The notes beneath the pieces are model-generated. The model was given only the letters and a program-made list of their open reading frames with translations. It was not told where the DNA came from and ran no database searches. From Akkermansia muciniphila ATCC BAA-835 (lineage in GTDB: Bacteria; Verrucomicrobiota; Verrucomicrobiia; Verrucomicrobiales; Akkermansiaceae), in the NCBI RefSeq assembly GCF_000020225.1, contig NC_010655.1:1140001-1172000 (forward strand): DNA of 32,000 nt, in the 5' to 3' direction. Below, piece after piece: positions 8,831 to 17,873 of the stretch. Position 1 is the first letter of the stretch. The number at the start of each line of letters is the position of its first letter. Position numbers and translations under genes: made by a program.

Positions 8831-10603
8831 ATGTTGCAGGCGGACGGCATTACGTATGAGATAGAAACACCGGATGGTCCTTTGAAATTATTGGACAATG
8901 TCAGTTTTAATGTCCCTCGCGGTCATTTTATGGCGGTCGTTGGTCCTTCCGGCTGCGGAAAGACGACCTTATTGAAGGCGATTGCAGGCATGATTGCGGA
9001 AACGGGCGGGCGTTTTTTCTGGAATGGCCATGATTTGGCTGAAGAAGACTTTGAACCTTCGGAAATCGGGTTCGTTCCCCAGTTCAGCATTGCCTATGAC
9101 CAGCTGAGCGTGGATGAGAATGTGGAGAGCGCCGCCAGGCTCCGTTGCCGGTTCAATTCCGTGGACGATTTGGACGACAGCATTGACAATGCCCTGGAGG
9201 TAACGGGAATGGAGGGGATTACGGACCGGGATGTGAAAATTCTTTCCGGCGGCCAGAAAAGGCGCCTGGCGCTGGCCATGGAACTGGTATCCAATCCCCG
9301 GCTGCTGATTTGCGATGAGGTGACGTCCGGACTGGATCCCAGGTCGGAACACGATATCGTGTTCCTCCTGCATGAAATCTCCCGTTCGGAAGGCCGCATC
9401 GTCATTTCCGTCACGCACAGCCTTTCCCATCTGGACAGGTATGATTCCATCCTGGTCATGCACCAGGGCTGCGTGGCTTACCACGGTTCTCCGAAAACCA
9501 TGCTGCATTACTTCGGCGTTTCCTCGCTGGAGGAGATTTACCCGAAGCTCCAGGATCGTGAAGGCCCTTCCTGGAGCCGGTCCTGGAGCAAGCACCGGGA
9601 TTCCTATTATTCCCGTCTGGAACAGGAAAGGGAGAAGAAAATTCTTTCCGGGGAACTGCCGGATCCGGATGCCGTCCGTCCTGCGGAGGCGGAGAAGGAG
9701 GGGGCCTCCGGAGAATCCGGAACGGAACGGGAAAAGGCCGTGGAGGAAAACATTCCGGAAGTTCCCGGATTCTTCACCCAGTTCTTTTGCTTGCTGGGGC
9801 GGCGCTGGCGCATCTTTTTCCGCGACCGTTCCCAGTTGGTTCTTCAATTGGTCATGGTGCTGCTGTTTCCCGTGCTGGTAGCCATGTTTACGGACAAGGG
9901 CTCCGGGCAAATCGTGGGGCTTTCCGCCACGCAGGATGTCCAGACTGTCCAGAAGGATATGGAAGCCCAGCAGCTGAACATGAAAACGGGGTCCGCCGTC
10001 TCCGGCATCATCATGTTTGAGGTGATTTTGCTGGGGCTGATGGGGTCCAACAATGCCGCCCGCGAGGTGGCCGGTGAACGCGCCGTCATGGAAAAGGAAA
10101 AGTATGCGGGCATGAGGCCTTCCGCCTACCTGGCGAGCAAGCTGTCCTATCTGAGCGTTCTGGTGCTGGTGCAATCCGTCTGGATGTTTGCCTTTGTGGA
10201 TTTTTTCTGGGACCGTGGCGGCGGCCTGACGCATCTGCTGTTCCTGATTTTGGCGAACGCCGCCATGACTTTTGTATGCCTGGGCATTTCCGCCCTGGCC
10301 CGGAGTGCGGACCAGGCTTCCCTGCTGAGCATTTATCTGGTGGGTTTCCAGCTTCCTCTCTCCGGAGCGGTGCTGGCGCTTCCGGAATATGCGGAGGGTT
10401 TCATACGGCCCTTCATTTCCGCGTACTGGGCGTGGTCCGGCAGCATCTCCGCCCTGAAGGACGATGTATATTACGCCGTCAAGAATGTGCTGGATACGGA
10501 CCTGACGCCCTCCCTGGTTTGCTATATTGTTCTGGGCGTGCATGTTGCGTGCGGCATTGCGGCCGCCTACGCGGGAATCCGCCGTTCGCGCTGGGAGCTT
10601 TAA
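8831..10603 (+). CDS. ABC transporter, fused ATP-binding and ABC-2/ABCG-type permease domains
   Basis: Walker A GPSGCGKTT, signature LSGGQKRRLALAMEL, Walker B LLICDEVTSGLD. An acidic linker follows, then about 6 hydrophobic segments. Confidence 0.9.
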   Translation: MLQADGITYEIETPDGPLKLLDNVSFNVPRGHFMAVVGPSGCGKTTLLKAIAGMIAETGGRFFWNGHDLAEEDFEPSEIGFVPQFSIAYDQLSVDENVESAARLRCRFNSVDDLDDSIDNALEVTGMEGITDRDVKILSGGQKRRLALAMELVSNPRLLICDEVTSGLDPRSEHDIVFLLHEISRSEGRIVISVTHSLSHLDRYDSILVMHQGCVAYHGSPKTMLHYFGVSSLEEIYPKLQDREGPSWSRSWSKHRDSYYSRLEQEREKKILSGELPDPDAVRPAEAEKEGASGESGTEREKAVEENIPEVPGFFTQFFCLLGRRWRIFFRDRSQLVLQLVMVLLFPVLVAMFTDKGSGQIVGLSATQDVQTVQKDMEAQQLNMKTGSAVSGIIMFEVILLGLMGSNNAAREVAGERAVMEKEKYAGMRPSAYLASKLSYLSVLVLVQSVWMFAFVDFFWDRGGGLTHLLFLILANAAMTFVCLGISALARSADQASLLSIYLVGFQLPLSGAVLALPEYAEGFIRPFISAYWAWSGSISALKDDVYYAVKNVLDTDLTPSLVCYIVLGVHVACGIAAAYAGIRRSRWEL

Positions 10604-10656
10604 TTTAATGCGTGCGCTTGCGGGAAGTACGTTATATACTTTTTCCATCAGAAATT

Positions 10657-11088
10657 ATGGCGAGACGGCGTGCAGCAAAAAAGAAAAGTTCCTCATCATC
10701 CGCACTGGTTTTGACGGTCGGGGCGGCGGTTTTTGTGCTGGCCGTTATTGTGGGGATTGTCATGTTCCGAGCCGGGGAGAAGCCGCAGGCCGGGTCGGAT
10801 ATACCTCTGGACATTCTGGCGGCGAACGCCTCCCAGCTTTCCAATAACAACTATGCACTGGACGGAACGGTGATTGACCGTTTTCCGCGCGGCGAGTCCG
10901 AGCTTATTGCCTTCTTGTACAAAGACGCCTCCGGGCGTGAGTACATTATTCCCGTCTGTGTTTCCGCTGAGGCCAGGAACGGACTGAACATCAACCGGGA
11001 CCAGCAATACAGGATAGAGTTCCGGGTGAAAGATATCAATCCGAAGGTGCGCGGCGTGTGCGTAGCTACATCCATTCAGCCTAAATAA
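10657..11088 (+). CDS. hypothetical membrane-anchored protein
   Basis: ATG at 10657 gives MARRRAAKKKSSSSS followed by one TM helix (ALVLTVGAAVFVLAVIVGIVMF) and a ~100 aa domain. I recognise no family. Tightly spaced after the ABC gene. Confidence 0.6.
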   Translation: MARRRAAKKKSSSSSALVLTVGAAVFVLAVIVGIVMFRAGEKPQAGSDIPLDILAANASQLSNNNYALDGTVIDRFPRGESELIAFLYKDASGREYIIPVCVSAEARNGLNINRDQQYRIEFRVKDINPKVRGVCVATSIQPK

Positions 11089-11105
11089 ACAATCTCCCTC
11101 GTCCT

Positions 11106-12998
11106 ATGAAATGCTGTTTTTTGATGACCCTGGCCTGCGCGGTTCCCGCCCTGGGGCAGATGATGTACAACCCTCCTGCAGCCGGCGGTGCGCCTGCCGC
11201 GTCCCCTGCCTCCCCTCCCGCCGTTCAGCCGAATGCCTACCAGCCTTCCAGGCAGGGGGATGCCAAGTCCCTGTACGGCAATGAGCTTCCTTTCCTGAAC
11301 CCTCAGGACGGCACGGTGACCATCAACGGAACGACGTTGAATATGGGCAGTTTCCGGGAGATTGAAGCGCGTTTCAACAAGTACCTGAGCCAGCCGGAGG
11401 AAAGTACGGAAGATGCGAAGGAATATCAGAAAATTTTTGAAAAGCTCCACGAAACGCTCTCCATGCGCAAGGAAAAACTGGTGGCGGATAATGTGGTGCG
11501 GCAGGTAGTGGACCTGTTGACCACCGCTTCCAGCAACCCGCTGGACGGAGGCGTTTCCGACGCTCTCTGCCAGGCCATTTACACCGCGTGGCAGGCCAGG
11601 AGCAATGGAAAAAACAAGGGGAAGATGCTTGAGGCGGTGGAGAGGGAAATCCGCAGCAACGCCCAGAAGATGAGCCTGATGGAAAGCGGCGTGACGACGA
11701 TTTCCGGTGCGCCCTCCGGCCAGAAGGGCGGGAAAAAGGGAACTTCCACCAATCATCCCGCCAAAAATAACCCCCGTTACAAATATCTGGAAAAGCGTGT
11801 AGTGGAGATGGAAGCCCGCAAGCTGAAGCTGGAAAGTGAACAGGTTCTGACGGTGACGGAAGCGAAGATTGTTTTTCAGTCTACGCTGGTTCAATTGTTT
11901 GCCCAGCGGCGTTTTGACCATGTTTCCATAGGCTGCGGCGTTTACAGCCGCCTGTTCAATGACGGGGATACCAAGCTGCGGCTGGATAAGAATTCCGATG
12001 CCGCCAAGATGTTCAGCGGTACGCTGGGCGCTCCTCCCACCGTCGCTATTCTGGACAACCTTTCCCGGGAACTGGCCCGTGACTCCGACCGGCACATGAA
12101 GGCCGTGAACAACCTGGTGGATTCCCATCATTACGTGGATGCGCTGGAACGGCTGAACGAAGCTCTCCTGATCGGGGAATTCATGCCTGCCGTGAATACG
12201 TTTCCGTATGAGAAGAAGCAAAAACTGTATGCCTTCAAACGGGACGTGGAAAAGTTGTTCGAGTTGATGAACGGCAAAGATTACGAAGAAGCCCTTTCCC
12301 TGGTGGAGAACCTTAAGAAGACTTCCAGGGATTTCAGTACGGGCCGTGCGGAGTCCGCTATCAGCGCCGCCGTATTCGCCAGTGACGCCTATATTTCCCA
12401 GGGGCAGGAAGCCCTGGCCAGGGGGGACCGCGCCAAATTGGAGGAATGCCTGAAAAGCGCCATTGAAATCTGGCCGAAGAATCCCCGTCTTCTTCCGCTG
12501 CGGAACGCCATGATGGCCGCAGGTCAGCAATCCCACGCTCTGGAGGATTTCAAGCGTTTCCACAAGAATAAGAATTATCGCCGCATTTTTGACAACCAGC
12601 ATGAATTTGCCGTTCTGGTGAAGGATGATCCGGAGCTCCAGAAGCAGTTTGTGGAAGATCTGGGCAAAATGGCCGTTATTGAGCGTGCCTTGGGCGCAGC
12701 GCGCCAGCGTGAAGCCATGCAGGACGTATACGGCGCCTGGGAGGAGCTTCAACAGCTGCGTTCCAGGGACCAGGAACTGTTCATCAATGACCAGGAGCTG
12801 AATGCCCGGTATTTGGACCTGACGACAAAGGCAAGCACACTGGTAAATCTGCTGAATGATGCGGAAAAATGCAGGAATGCGGGAGAAGTGGGGTCTGCCC
12901 TGGGTAAATACATGGAAGCCAAAAGGCTGTATCTGTATTCCCGGTTTGCCAAGGAGGGAATTGAGTCCCTGCTGGAAGAAGTTCTTCCGTTGAACTAG
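11106..12998 (+). CDS. hypothetical secreted, largely alpha-helical protein (TPR-like stretches)
   Basis: 630-aa ORF with signal peptide MKCCFLMTLACAVPALGQ and a Pro/Ala-rich spacer. Coding-like composition. The opposite-strand ORF 11076-12752 looks like a shadow ORF. Confidence 0.7.
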   Translation: MKCCFLMTLACAVPALGQMMYNPPAAGGAPAASPASPPAVQPNAYQPSRQGDAKSLYGNELPFLNPQDGTVTINGTTLNMGSFREIEARFNKYLSQPEESTEDAKEYQKIFEKLHETLSMRKEKLVADNVVRQVVDLLTTASSNPLDGGVSDALCQAIYTAWQARSNGKNKGKMLEAVEREIRSNAQKMSLMESGVTTISGAPSGQKGGKKGTSTNHPAKNNPRYKYLEKRVVEMEARKLKLESEQVLTVTEAKIVFQSTLVQLFAQRRFDHVSIGCGVYSRLFNDGDTKLRLDKNSDAAKMFSGTLGAPPTVAILDNLSRELARDSDRHMKAVNNLVDSHHYVDALERLNEALLIGEFMPAVNTFPYEKKQKLYAFKRDVEKLFELMNGKDYEEALSLVENLKKTSRDFSTGRAESAISAAVFASDAYISQGQEALARGDRAKLEECLKSAIEIWPKNPRLLPLRNAMMAAGQQSHALEDFKRFHKNKNYRRIFDNQHEFAVLVKDDPELQKQFVEDLGKMAVIERALGAARQREAMQDVYGAWEELQQLRSRDQELFINDQELNARYLDLTTKASTLVNLLNDAEKCRNAGEVGSALGKYMEAKRLYLYSRFAKEGIESLLEEVLPLN

Positions 12999-13069
12999 GC
13001 GGGTGGATTCCGCCGGACGGCGCGCCTGCGGAGACGGAGTAATTGCTTTTCTTCCGGAACGGTGCCGTT

Positions 13070-13816
13070 ATGCTACGGCTCATGAAGGCAGTATACCTGT
13101 GTTTGTGCATGCTGGCGGCGTTCTGTTTTCCGGCCGCGGCGCTCCCTGCGGATTGCAGCCAGGTGATTGTAGGTTCCGCGGACGGGTGGAATAGTTCCCA
13201 TGTGCAGTTGAGCCTTTTGGAGAAGGGGCCGCGGGGCTGGGTGATGGTGAAGGGGCCGTTTCCGGCGCGTCTGGGAAAATCCGGTCTGGTCTGGGGCAGG
13301 GGCGTCAGCCTCCCTCCCGCCGGAGGGCCGGTGAAGAAGGAGGGGGACTTGCGCTCTCCCGCGGGAATTTTTGAACTGGGGGGCGTATATGGAACTGTTC
13401 CCGCGCCGCAGAAAAAGCGTTCCATGCCGTACCGCCGCATTACGCCGCGGGACATGTGGGTGGATGACCCTGCTTCTCCCCTGTATAACCAGCACTTTGT
13501 GCTGAAGCATGATCCCGTCACGCCTTGGGAGTTCAAGCAGCAGATGAAGCTGAATGATTACGCCCACAGTCTGAAACTGTTTATCCGGCATAATGCCGCA
13601 GACGGACGGCAGAAACCCGTGCCGGGTGCGGGTTCCTCCATTTTTTTCCATATCTGGCGCCGGGACGGAGGAGCCCCTACGGCCGGATGCACCGCGATGA
13701 GCGAGGAAAATTTGAGGGCCATGATTGCATGGCTGGATCCTTCCAGACACCCCCTTTATATTCTGCTCCCCGCCAGGGAATATTTGCGCCTGCGCAGAGC
13801 CTGGGGGCTGCCGTGA
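13070..13816 (+). CDS. L,D-transpeptidase family protein (YkuD fold)
   Basis: Signal peptide MLRLMKAVYLCLCMLAAFCFPAAA. The catalytic-type motif FFHIW...TAGCTAM fits the H...(S/T)xGC signature of L,D-transpeptidases. Confidence 0.75.
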   Translation: MLRLMKAVYLCLCMLAAFCFPAAALPADCSQVIVGSADGWNSSHVQLSLLEKGPRGWVMVKGPFPARLGKSGLVWGRGVSLPPAGGPVKKEGDLRSPAGIFELGGVYGTVPAPQKKRSMPYRRITPRDMWVDDPASPLYNQHFVLKHDPVTPWEFKQQMKLNDYAHSLKLFIRHNAADGRQKPVPGAGSSIFFHIWRRDGGAPTAGCTAMSEENLRAMIAWLDPSRHPLYILLPAREYLRLRRAWGLP

Positions 13817-13986
13817 TATTTTCAGAATCCGCCTTTGCAGGCACGCCTGTTCCGCCGCCCCGGGACGGACAGGGGAGTGGTTTAAACCCTACGGATGGAA
13901 GGGCTGTTGGATGGTGCGGCTCCCGTGCCGTGCTGCACGTTCGTTGCTGCCTGGAGTTCCCTTTTCCGTAAATGCAGGAAGCCGGC

Positions 13987-14018
13987 CTTTGAAGAAAGGC
14001 CGGCTTCCGCATGGTAAA
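13987..14018. terminator. perfect 14-bp hairpin between convergent genes (probable terminator of the RRM gene)
   Basis: GGAAGCCGGCCTTT-gaag-AAAGGCCGGCTTCC, located 5 nt beyond the stop of the minus-strand RRM gene and ~170 nt after the plus-strand transpeptidase gene. Confidence 0.7.
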
Positions 14019-14022
14019 ACGG

Positions 14023-14688
14023 TTATTGTTCCTGGGACTGGGGAGCGGGAGCTTCCGGCTGGAGCAGGGGAGTGGAGGTTTCTTTCACTTCCGCCATGGA
14101 ATCCTGTTCTTCCCTGGGCGCGCGGTCTTCGCGGGGCTGCCGGGGTTGTTCCTGGCGTTCATTGGCTCCGCTGACCAGCAGATTGCGGCCCATGAAAGGC
14201 TGGTTGTGGAGAATGTCCACGGAACGGATGGCGTCTTCCATCTTCTTCATTTCCACAAAAGCATACCCCTTGGACTTGTGGGTGCGGGGGTTGTAAATGA
14301 TTTCCACGGAATTGACTTCCCCGATGCCCTTGAACACGTCCTCCAGGTCGCTTTCCGTAGCTTCATAGGAAAGATTGCCCACATAAAGCCGGCGGTTGGA
14401 GACGGGCTGTTTGGGTGCGGAAACGCGATCTTGCCTGTTGCGGGCTACGCGGGTGTTGGTTTTGGCGGCGGCTTTATCCCTGGCCGCATGCTTGTTATTC
14501 TTGGACGGACGAATGCCGAAGAGGCCCAGGAAACGCTGCCACAAGGAGAGTTTGGCGGGCGCTTCTTTTCTGTACTTGGGACGGTAACCGCTGGAATCGC
14601 GGCGGTCATTGCCATAGGAGCGTCCGCCCTTGTTGTAGCGGCGGCGGGCTCCCTGGCCCTGTCTTCCCTGTGTGTTGTGTTGTGACAT
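14023..14688 (-). CDS. RNA-binding protein with a single RRM domain and long basic N-terminal and acidic C-terminal extensions
   Basis: RNP-2 LYVGNLSY and RNP-1 KGYAFVEM. About 98 aa of Arg/Lys/Gly-rich sequence precedes the RRM. Confidence 0.85.
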   Translation of the reverse strand: MSQHNTQGRQGQGARRRYNKGGRSYGNDRRDSSGYRPKYRKEAPAKLSLWQRFLGLFGIRPSKNNKHAARDKAAAKTNTRVARNRQDRVSAPKQPVSNRRLYVGNLSYEATESDLEDVFKGIGEVNSVEIIYNPRTHKSKGYAFVEMKKMEDAIRSVDILHNQPFMGRNLLVSGANERQEQPRQPREDRAPREEQDSMAEVKETSTPLLQPEAPAPQSQEQ

Positions 14689-15063
14689 ACTTATAATGCT
14701 AAGTTGGTGATTATGTTGGTGTCATGCCGGATTTATCGCTGTGTGCAGTAAATTCCATCCGGAGGATCGCCGGGACGTTCCGCTGCCATGAGAAAAGCCA
14801 GGAGTAAGGGGGCCCCATGCCCCGATCAACGGTCCATGCATGGTCTGATAGGGGGGCGATCAGGCTAGGCGCGTGACCAGTCCGGTCGATTGACGCGTAT
14901 ACCAATGCACAGGGAGCCGGATTCTTGCAAGCCGGTATCTCGTCATTTTAGGCTTTCCGACCGCCCGGAGGCGGGAAGGCCGTCCGGGAGGCAGGCTTCC
15001 GTGCCGGGCATGGCTCAGAGTGAGCAAACAATTTGACAAAAAGACGAGGACGGAGCATTTTAA

Positions 15064-16467
15064 ATGCCGACTAATCTACATATTCTCTCGATGCTGATTC
15101 AAAATGCAGACCGTACTACCTACGGGATTAATAAGATTGTTGTTTTCGTCCTTGCGTTCGTCGTTTTCTTCGTTGTCGGATTTGTGTCCTGGCAATGGGA
15201 TGGGGTCGCTCCGGAACCGTGGCGTCTGCGGACGCTGGTGCTGACGCCGCTGACGATGTCTCTGCTGCTGTATGTGTGCTGTGACCAGTTCGGCGTTTAC
15301 TACCGCTGCCAGACGCTCTGGGAAAGCATCCGGCGGTTTGTGGTGGCATATGCCTGTTTTGTGGTGTTAAGCGTGATGATATGGAAGTTCTTTGTTCCCT
15401 TTTCCGCGGATGTCGGTGTCCAGTCCCTGGCGTATCTGCTTACCTTCCTGGGTTCCCTCTGGCTGCGTATCAGCCGGTTCCGGGCGGAAAAAAGGCTGGT
15501 GGAGGAAGCCCCTACGCTGGTGGTGGGAACTCCGGATCATGTGAAAGAATTCCGCAGGACGTTGGAGAGCAATCATGTGGACTTCAGGAATGGGTTGCTG
15601 GTCATGGCGCCTGAAGAGGTGGACAGTGCGGTAGTCAGGAATTTGCTGATTAAGAACTGCGTCAGCAAGGTGGTGTTTTTGCCGGAGGAGGTGGATTCTT
15701 CCGTGGCGCGGTGCCTGGTGGAACTGTGCGGCAAGATGGGAGTCGATTTTTACGCGAGCATGGTGGTAAGCATGCCCGCCGTGCATAAAACCTATTTCGG
15801 CGTGATTGGAGGAACAAGAATGCTGGTGTACAAATCCACCCCCATTCCCTATACCACCTCCTGGCAGTTGAAGAAAATGCTGGACTGGACGGGAGCGCTG
15901 GCGCTTCTGGTGGGAACGTCACCCCTGTGGGTGCTGGCGGCTGTGGGAATCAAGCTGTCGGATCGCGGCCCGGTTTTTTACCGCCAGAAACGTTCCGGGC
16001 TGTATGGCCGGGAGTTTGGCATGTGGAAATTCCGCACCATGTACCGGGATGCGGATAAAAGGCTGGATGAAGTGAAAGCCCAGTACGGCAATGACATGGA
16101 CGGCCCCATCTTTAAGCTGGAGCACGACCCTCGCATTTTCTCCTTCGGGCGCTTCCTGCGCAAATTCAGCATCGACGAGCTTCCCCAGCTCATTAATGTG
16201 CTGAAAGGGGAAATGAGCCTGGTCGGCCCGCGCCCGCTGCCCGTTTATGAAACGGAAGCCTTTACCAGCGATGCCCACCGCCGCAGGTTGAGCGTGCTGC
16301 CCGGCGTGACGGGGTACTGGCAGATTGCCGGACGCAGCAACATCCGGGAATTTGAAAAGCTGGTGGAATTGGATATGAAGTATATTGACAACTGGTCCCT
16401 GTGGCTGGATATCAAACTGCTTCTGAAAACCGTCCCGGCAGTGCTTTTCGCCCGTGGGGCAAAGTAG
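15064..16467 (+). CDS. polyprenyl-phosphate glycosyl-1-phosphate transferase (WbaP/EpsB-like bacterial sugar transferase)
   Basis: N-terminal TM helices. C-terminal catalytic domain contains IKLSDRGPVFYRQKRSG, KFRTM and DELPQLINVLKGEMSLVGPRP. Confidence 0.9.
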   Translation: MPTNLHILSMLIQNADRTTYGINKIVVFVLAFVVFFVVGFVSWQWDGVAPEPWRLRTLVLTPLTMSLLLYVCCDQFGVYYRCQTLWESIRRFVVAYACFVVLSVMIWKFFVPFSADVGVQSLAYLLTFLGSLWLRISRFRAEKRLVEEAPTLVVGTPDHVKEFRRTLESNHVDFRNGLLVMAPEEVDSAVVRNLLIKNCVSKVVFLPEEVDSSVARCLVELCGKMGVDFYASMVVSMPAVHKTYFGVIGGTRMLVYKSTPIPYTTSWQLKKMLDWTGALALLVGTSPLWVLAAVGIKLSDRGPVFYRQKRSGLYGREFGMWKFRTMYRDADKRLDEVKAQYGNDMDGPIFKLEHDPRIFSFGRFLRKFSIDELPQLINVLKGEMSLVGPRPLPVYETEAFTSDAHRRRLSVLPGVTGYWQIAGRSNIREFEKLVELDMKYIDNWSLWLDIKLLLKTVPAVLFARGAK

Positions 16468-16685
16468 CTTCCTGGTCTCCCTGGATTGCAGGCCGTCAGC
16501 CGTTATTGCCGGGAATTTGGAATCCGGCTGGGGTTCTCTGTCCGGTGGAACAGGCCTGTTTTAAGAATACTGCAATTCGGGAGAGGGATGGAATTGGTGT
16601 ATTCTGTGGAAAATGAAAAAAATTATTGCCGGACAGAGACTTTAATCTTGAGGTGCGGAAAGGGATGGGGCAGAATCAATCTACT

Positions 16686-17864
16686 ATGGATTTAGTTCAG
16701 CGAGAAATCTCTAAAGAAACGGTGACTCCGTATTTCATCGAGTATTTCGGTCAGGCGCCTACTCATGTGGCAGCGGCACCGGGACGTGTGAACCTTATTG
16801 GTGAGCACACGGATTATAATAACGGTTTTGTGATGCCTATGGCGCTTGATAACCATTGTGTTGTGGCTGTGGCTCCCTCCCCCGTGGGCAAACACCGCTT
16901 TTGCGGTTCCCTGGGTGACCAGATCCATGAAATTGCAGTGGAAGACGCCTTGGTTCCCGGCGAACCGTTCTGGTCCAATTATGTCCGCGGCGTTTTGGCC
17001 AACCTGCACAGGCGCGGCATAGAAATCGGGCCTGTGGATATGCTGATTGACAGCAATGTGCCCCGCGGCGGCGGCCTCTCCTCCAGTGCCGCTCTTGAAG
17101 TTGCCGTCTGTACGGCGCTCGCCGCTTTTGCCGGCGTTGAAATAGATCCCAAGGAAGTAGCCCTCATTGGGCAGGCCGTGGAACATGAATTCGTGAACGT
17201 TCCCTGCGGCATCATGGACCAGTTTATTTCCGCCAACGGCAAGAAGGGCATGGCTCTCAAGCTGGATTGCGCCACGCTGGAATATGAGCTGGTTCCGATG
17301 AACAATGAATCCGTCTCCGTGCTGGTTCTGGACAGCGCTGTGAAGCATTCCCTGGCGGACGGAGCTTATGGACAGCGCCGCAAGCAGTGTGAGGAAGCTT
17401 CTTCCATCATGGGCGTACCCTCCCTGCGGGAAGCTACGCTGGAGCTGCTGGAATCCTTCAGGGAACAGCTTGGCGATGTGCGCTATCGCCGCGCCCGCCA
17501 CGTCATTGGAGAAAATGCGCGCGTGAACGCTTTTGCGAACGCCCTTGCCCGCGGCGATTGGGATGAGGCCGGCGTAGCCATGCGCGGCAGCCATGCTTCC
17601 CTGCGGGACGACTATGAAGTTTCCTGTGCTGAGGTGGATACCCTTGTTTCACTTTGTGACCGCATTCCCTCCGCATCCTCCATTTACGGCGCGCGCATGA
17701 CGGGCGGCGGGTTTGGCGGATGCATTGTGGCCCTGGTGAAGACGGAGGATGTGGAAAAGGTGGCCCAGGAGCTTCTGGACGGCTACTGCCAGGAAACGGG
17801 CATTGAAACTACGTATCTTGTAACCCGTGCCGGAGAAGGCGCCCGTGTTTTGTACCAAGCTTAA
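16686..17864 (+). CDS. galK: galactokinase
   Basis: GRVNLIGEHTDYNNGFVMP galactokinase signature and GHMP motif PRGGGLSSSAALEVA. Start set at the ATG at 16686 (MDLVQ...); the track ORF begins at a TTG at 16626. Confidence 0.9.
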   Translation: MDLVQREISKETVTPYFIEYFGQAPTHVAAAPGRVNLIGEHTDYNNGFVMPMALDNHCVVAVAPSPVGKHRFCGSLGDQIHEIAVEDALVPGEPFWSNYVRGVLANLHRRGIEIGPVDMLIDSNVPRGGGLSSSAALEVAVCTALAAFAGVEIDPKEVALIGQAVEHEFVNVPCGIMDQFISANGKKGMALKLDCATLEYELVPMNNESVSVLVLDSAVKHSLADGAYGQRRKQCEEASSIMGVPSLREATLELLESFREQLGDVRYRRARHVIGENARVNAFANALARGDWDEAGVAMRGSHASLRDDYEVSCAEVDTLVSLCDRIPSASSIYGARMTGGGFGGCIVALVKTEDVEKVAQELLDGYCQETGIETTYLVTRAGEGARVLYQA

Positions 17865-17873
17865 TCCATACTG

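Noticed and set aside
14851-14880. GGGGGGCGATCAGGCTAGG resembles a tmRNA 5' end
   Set aside because: There is no following TTCGAC-type motif, no tag reading frame and no tRNA-like 3' end (GGTTCGA...CCA). The free space is also too short for a tmRNA.
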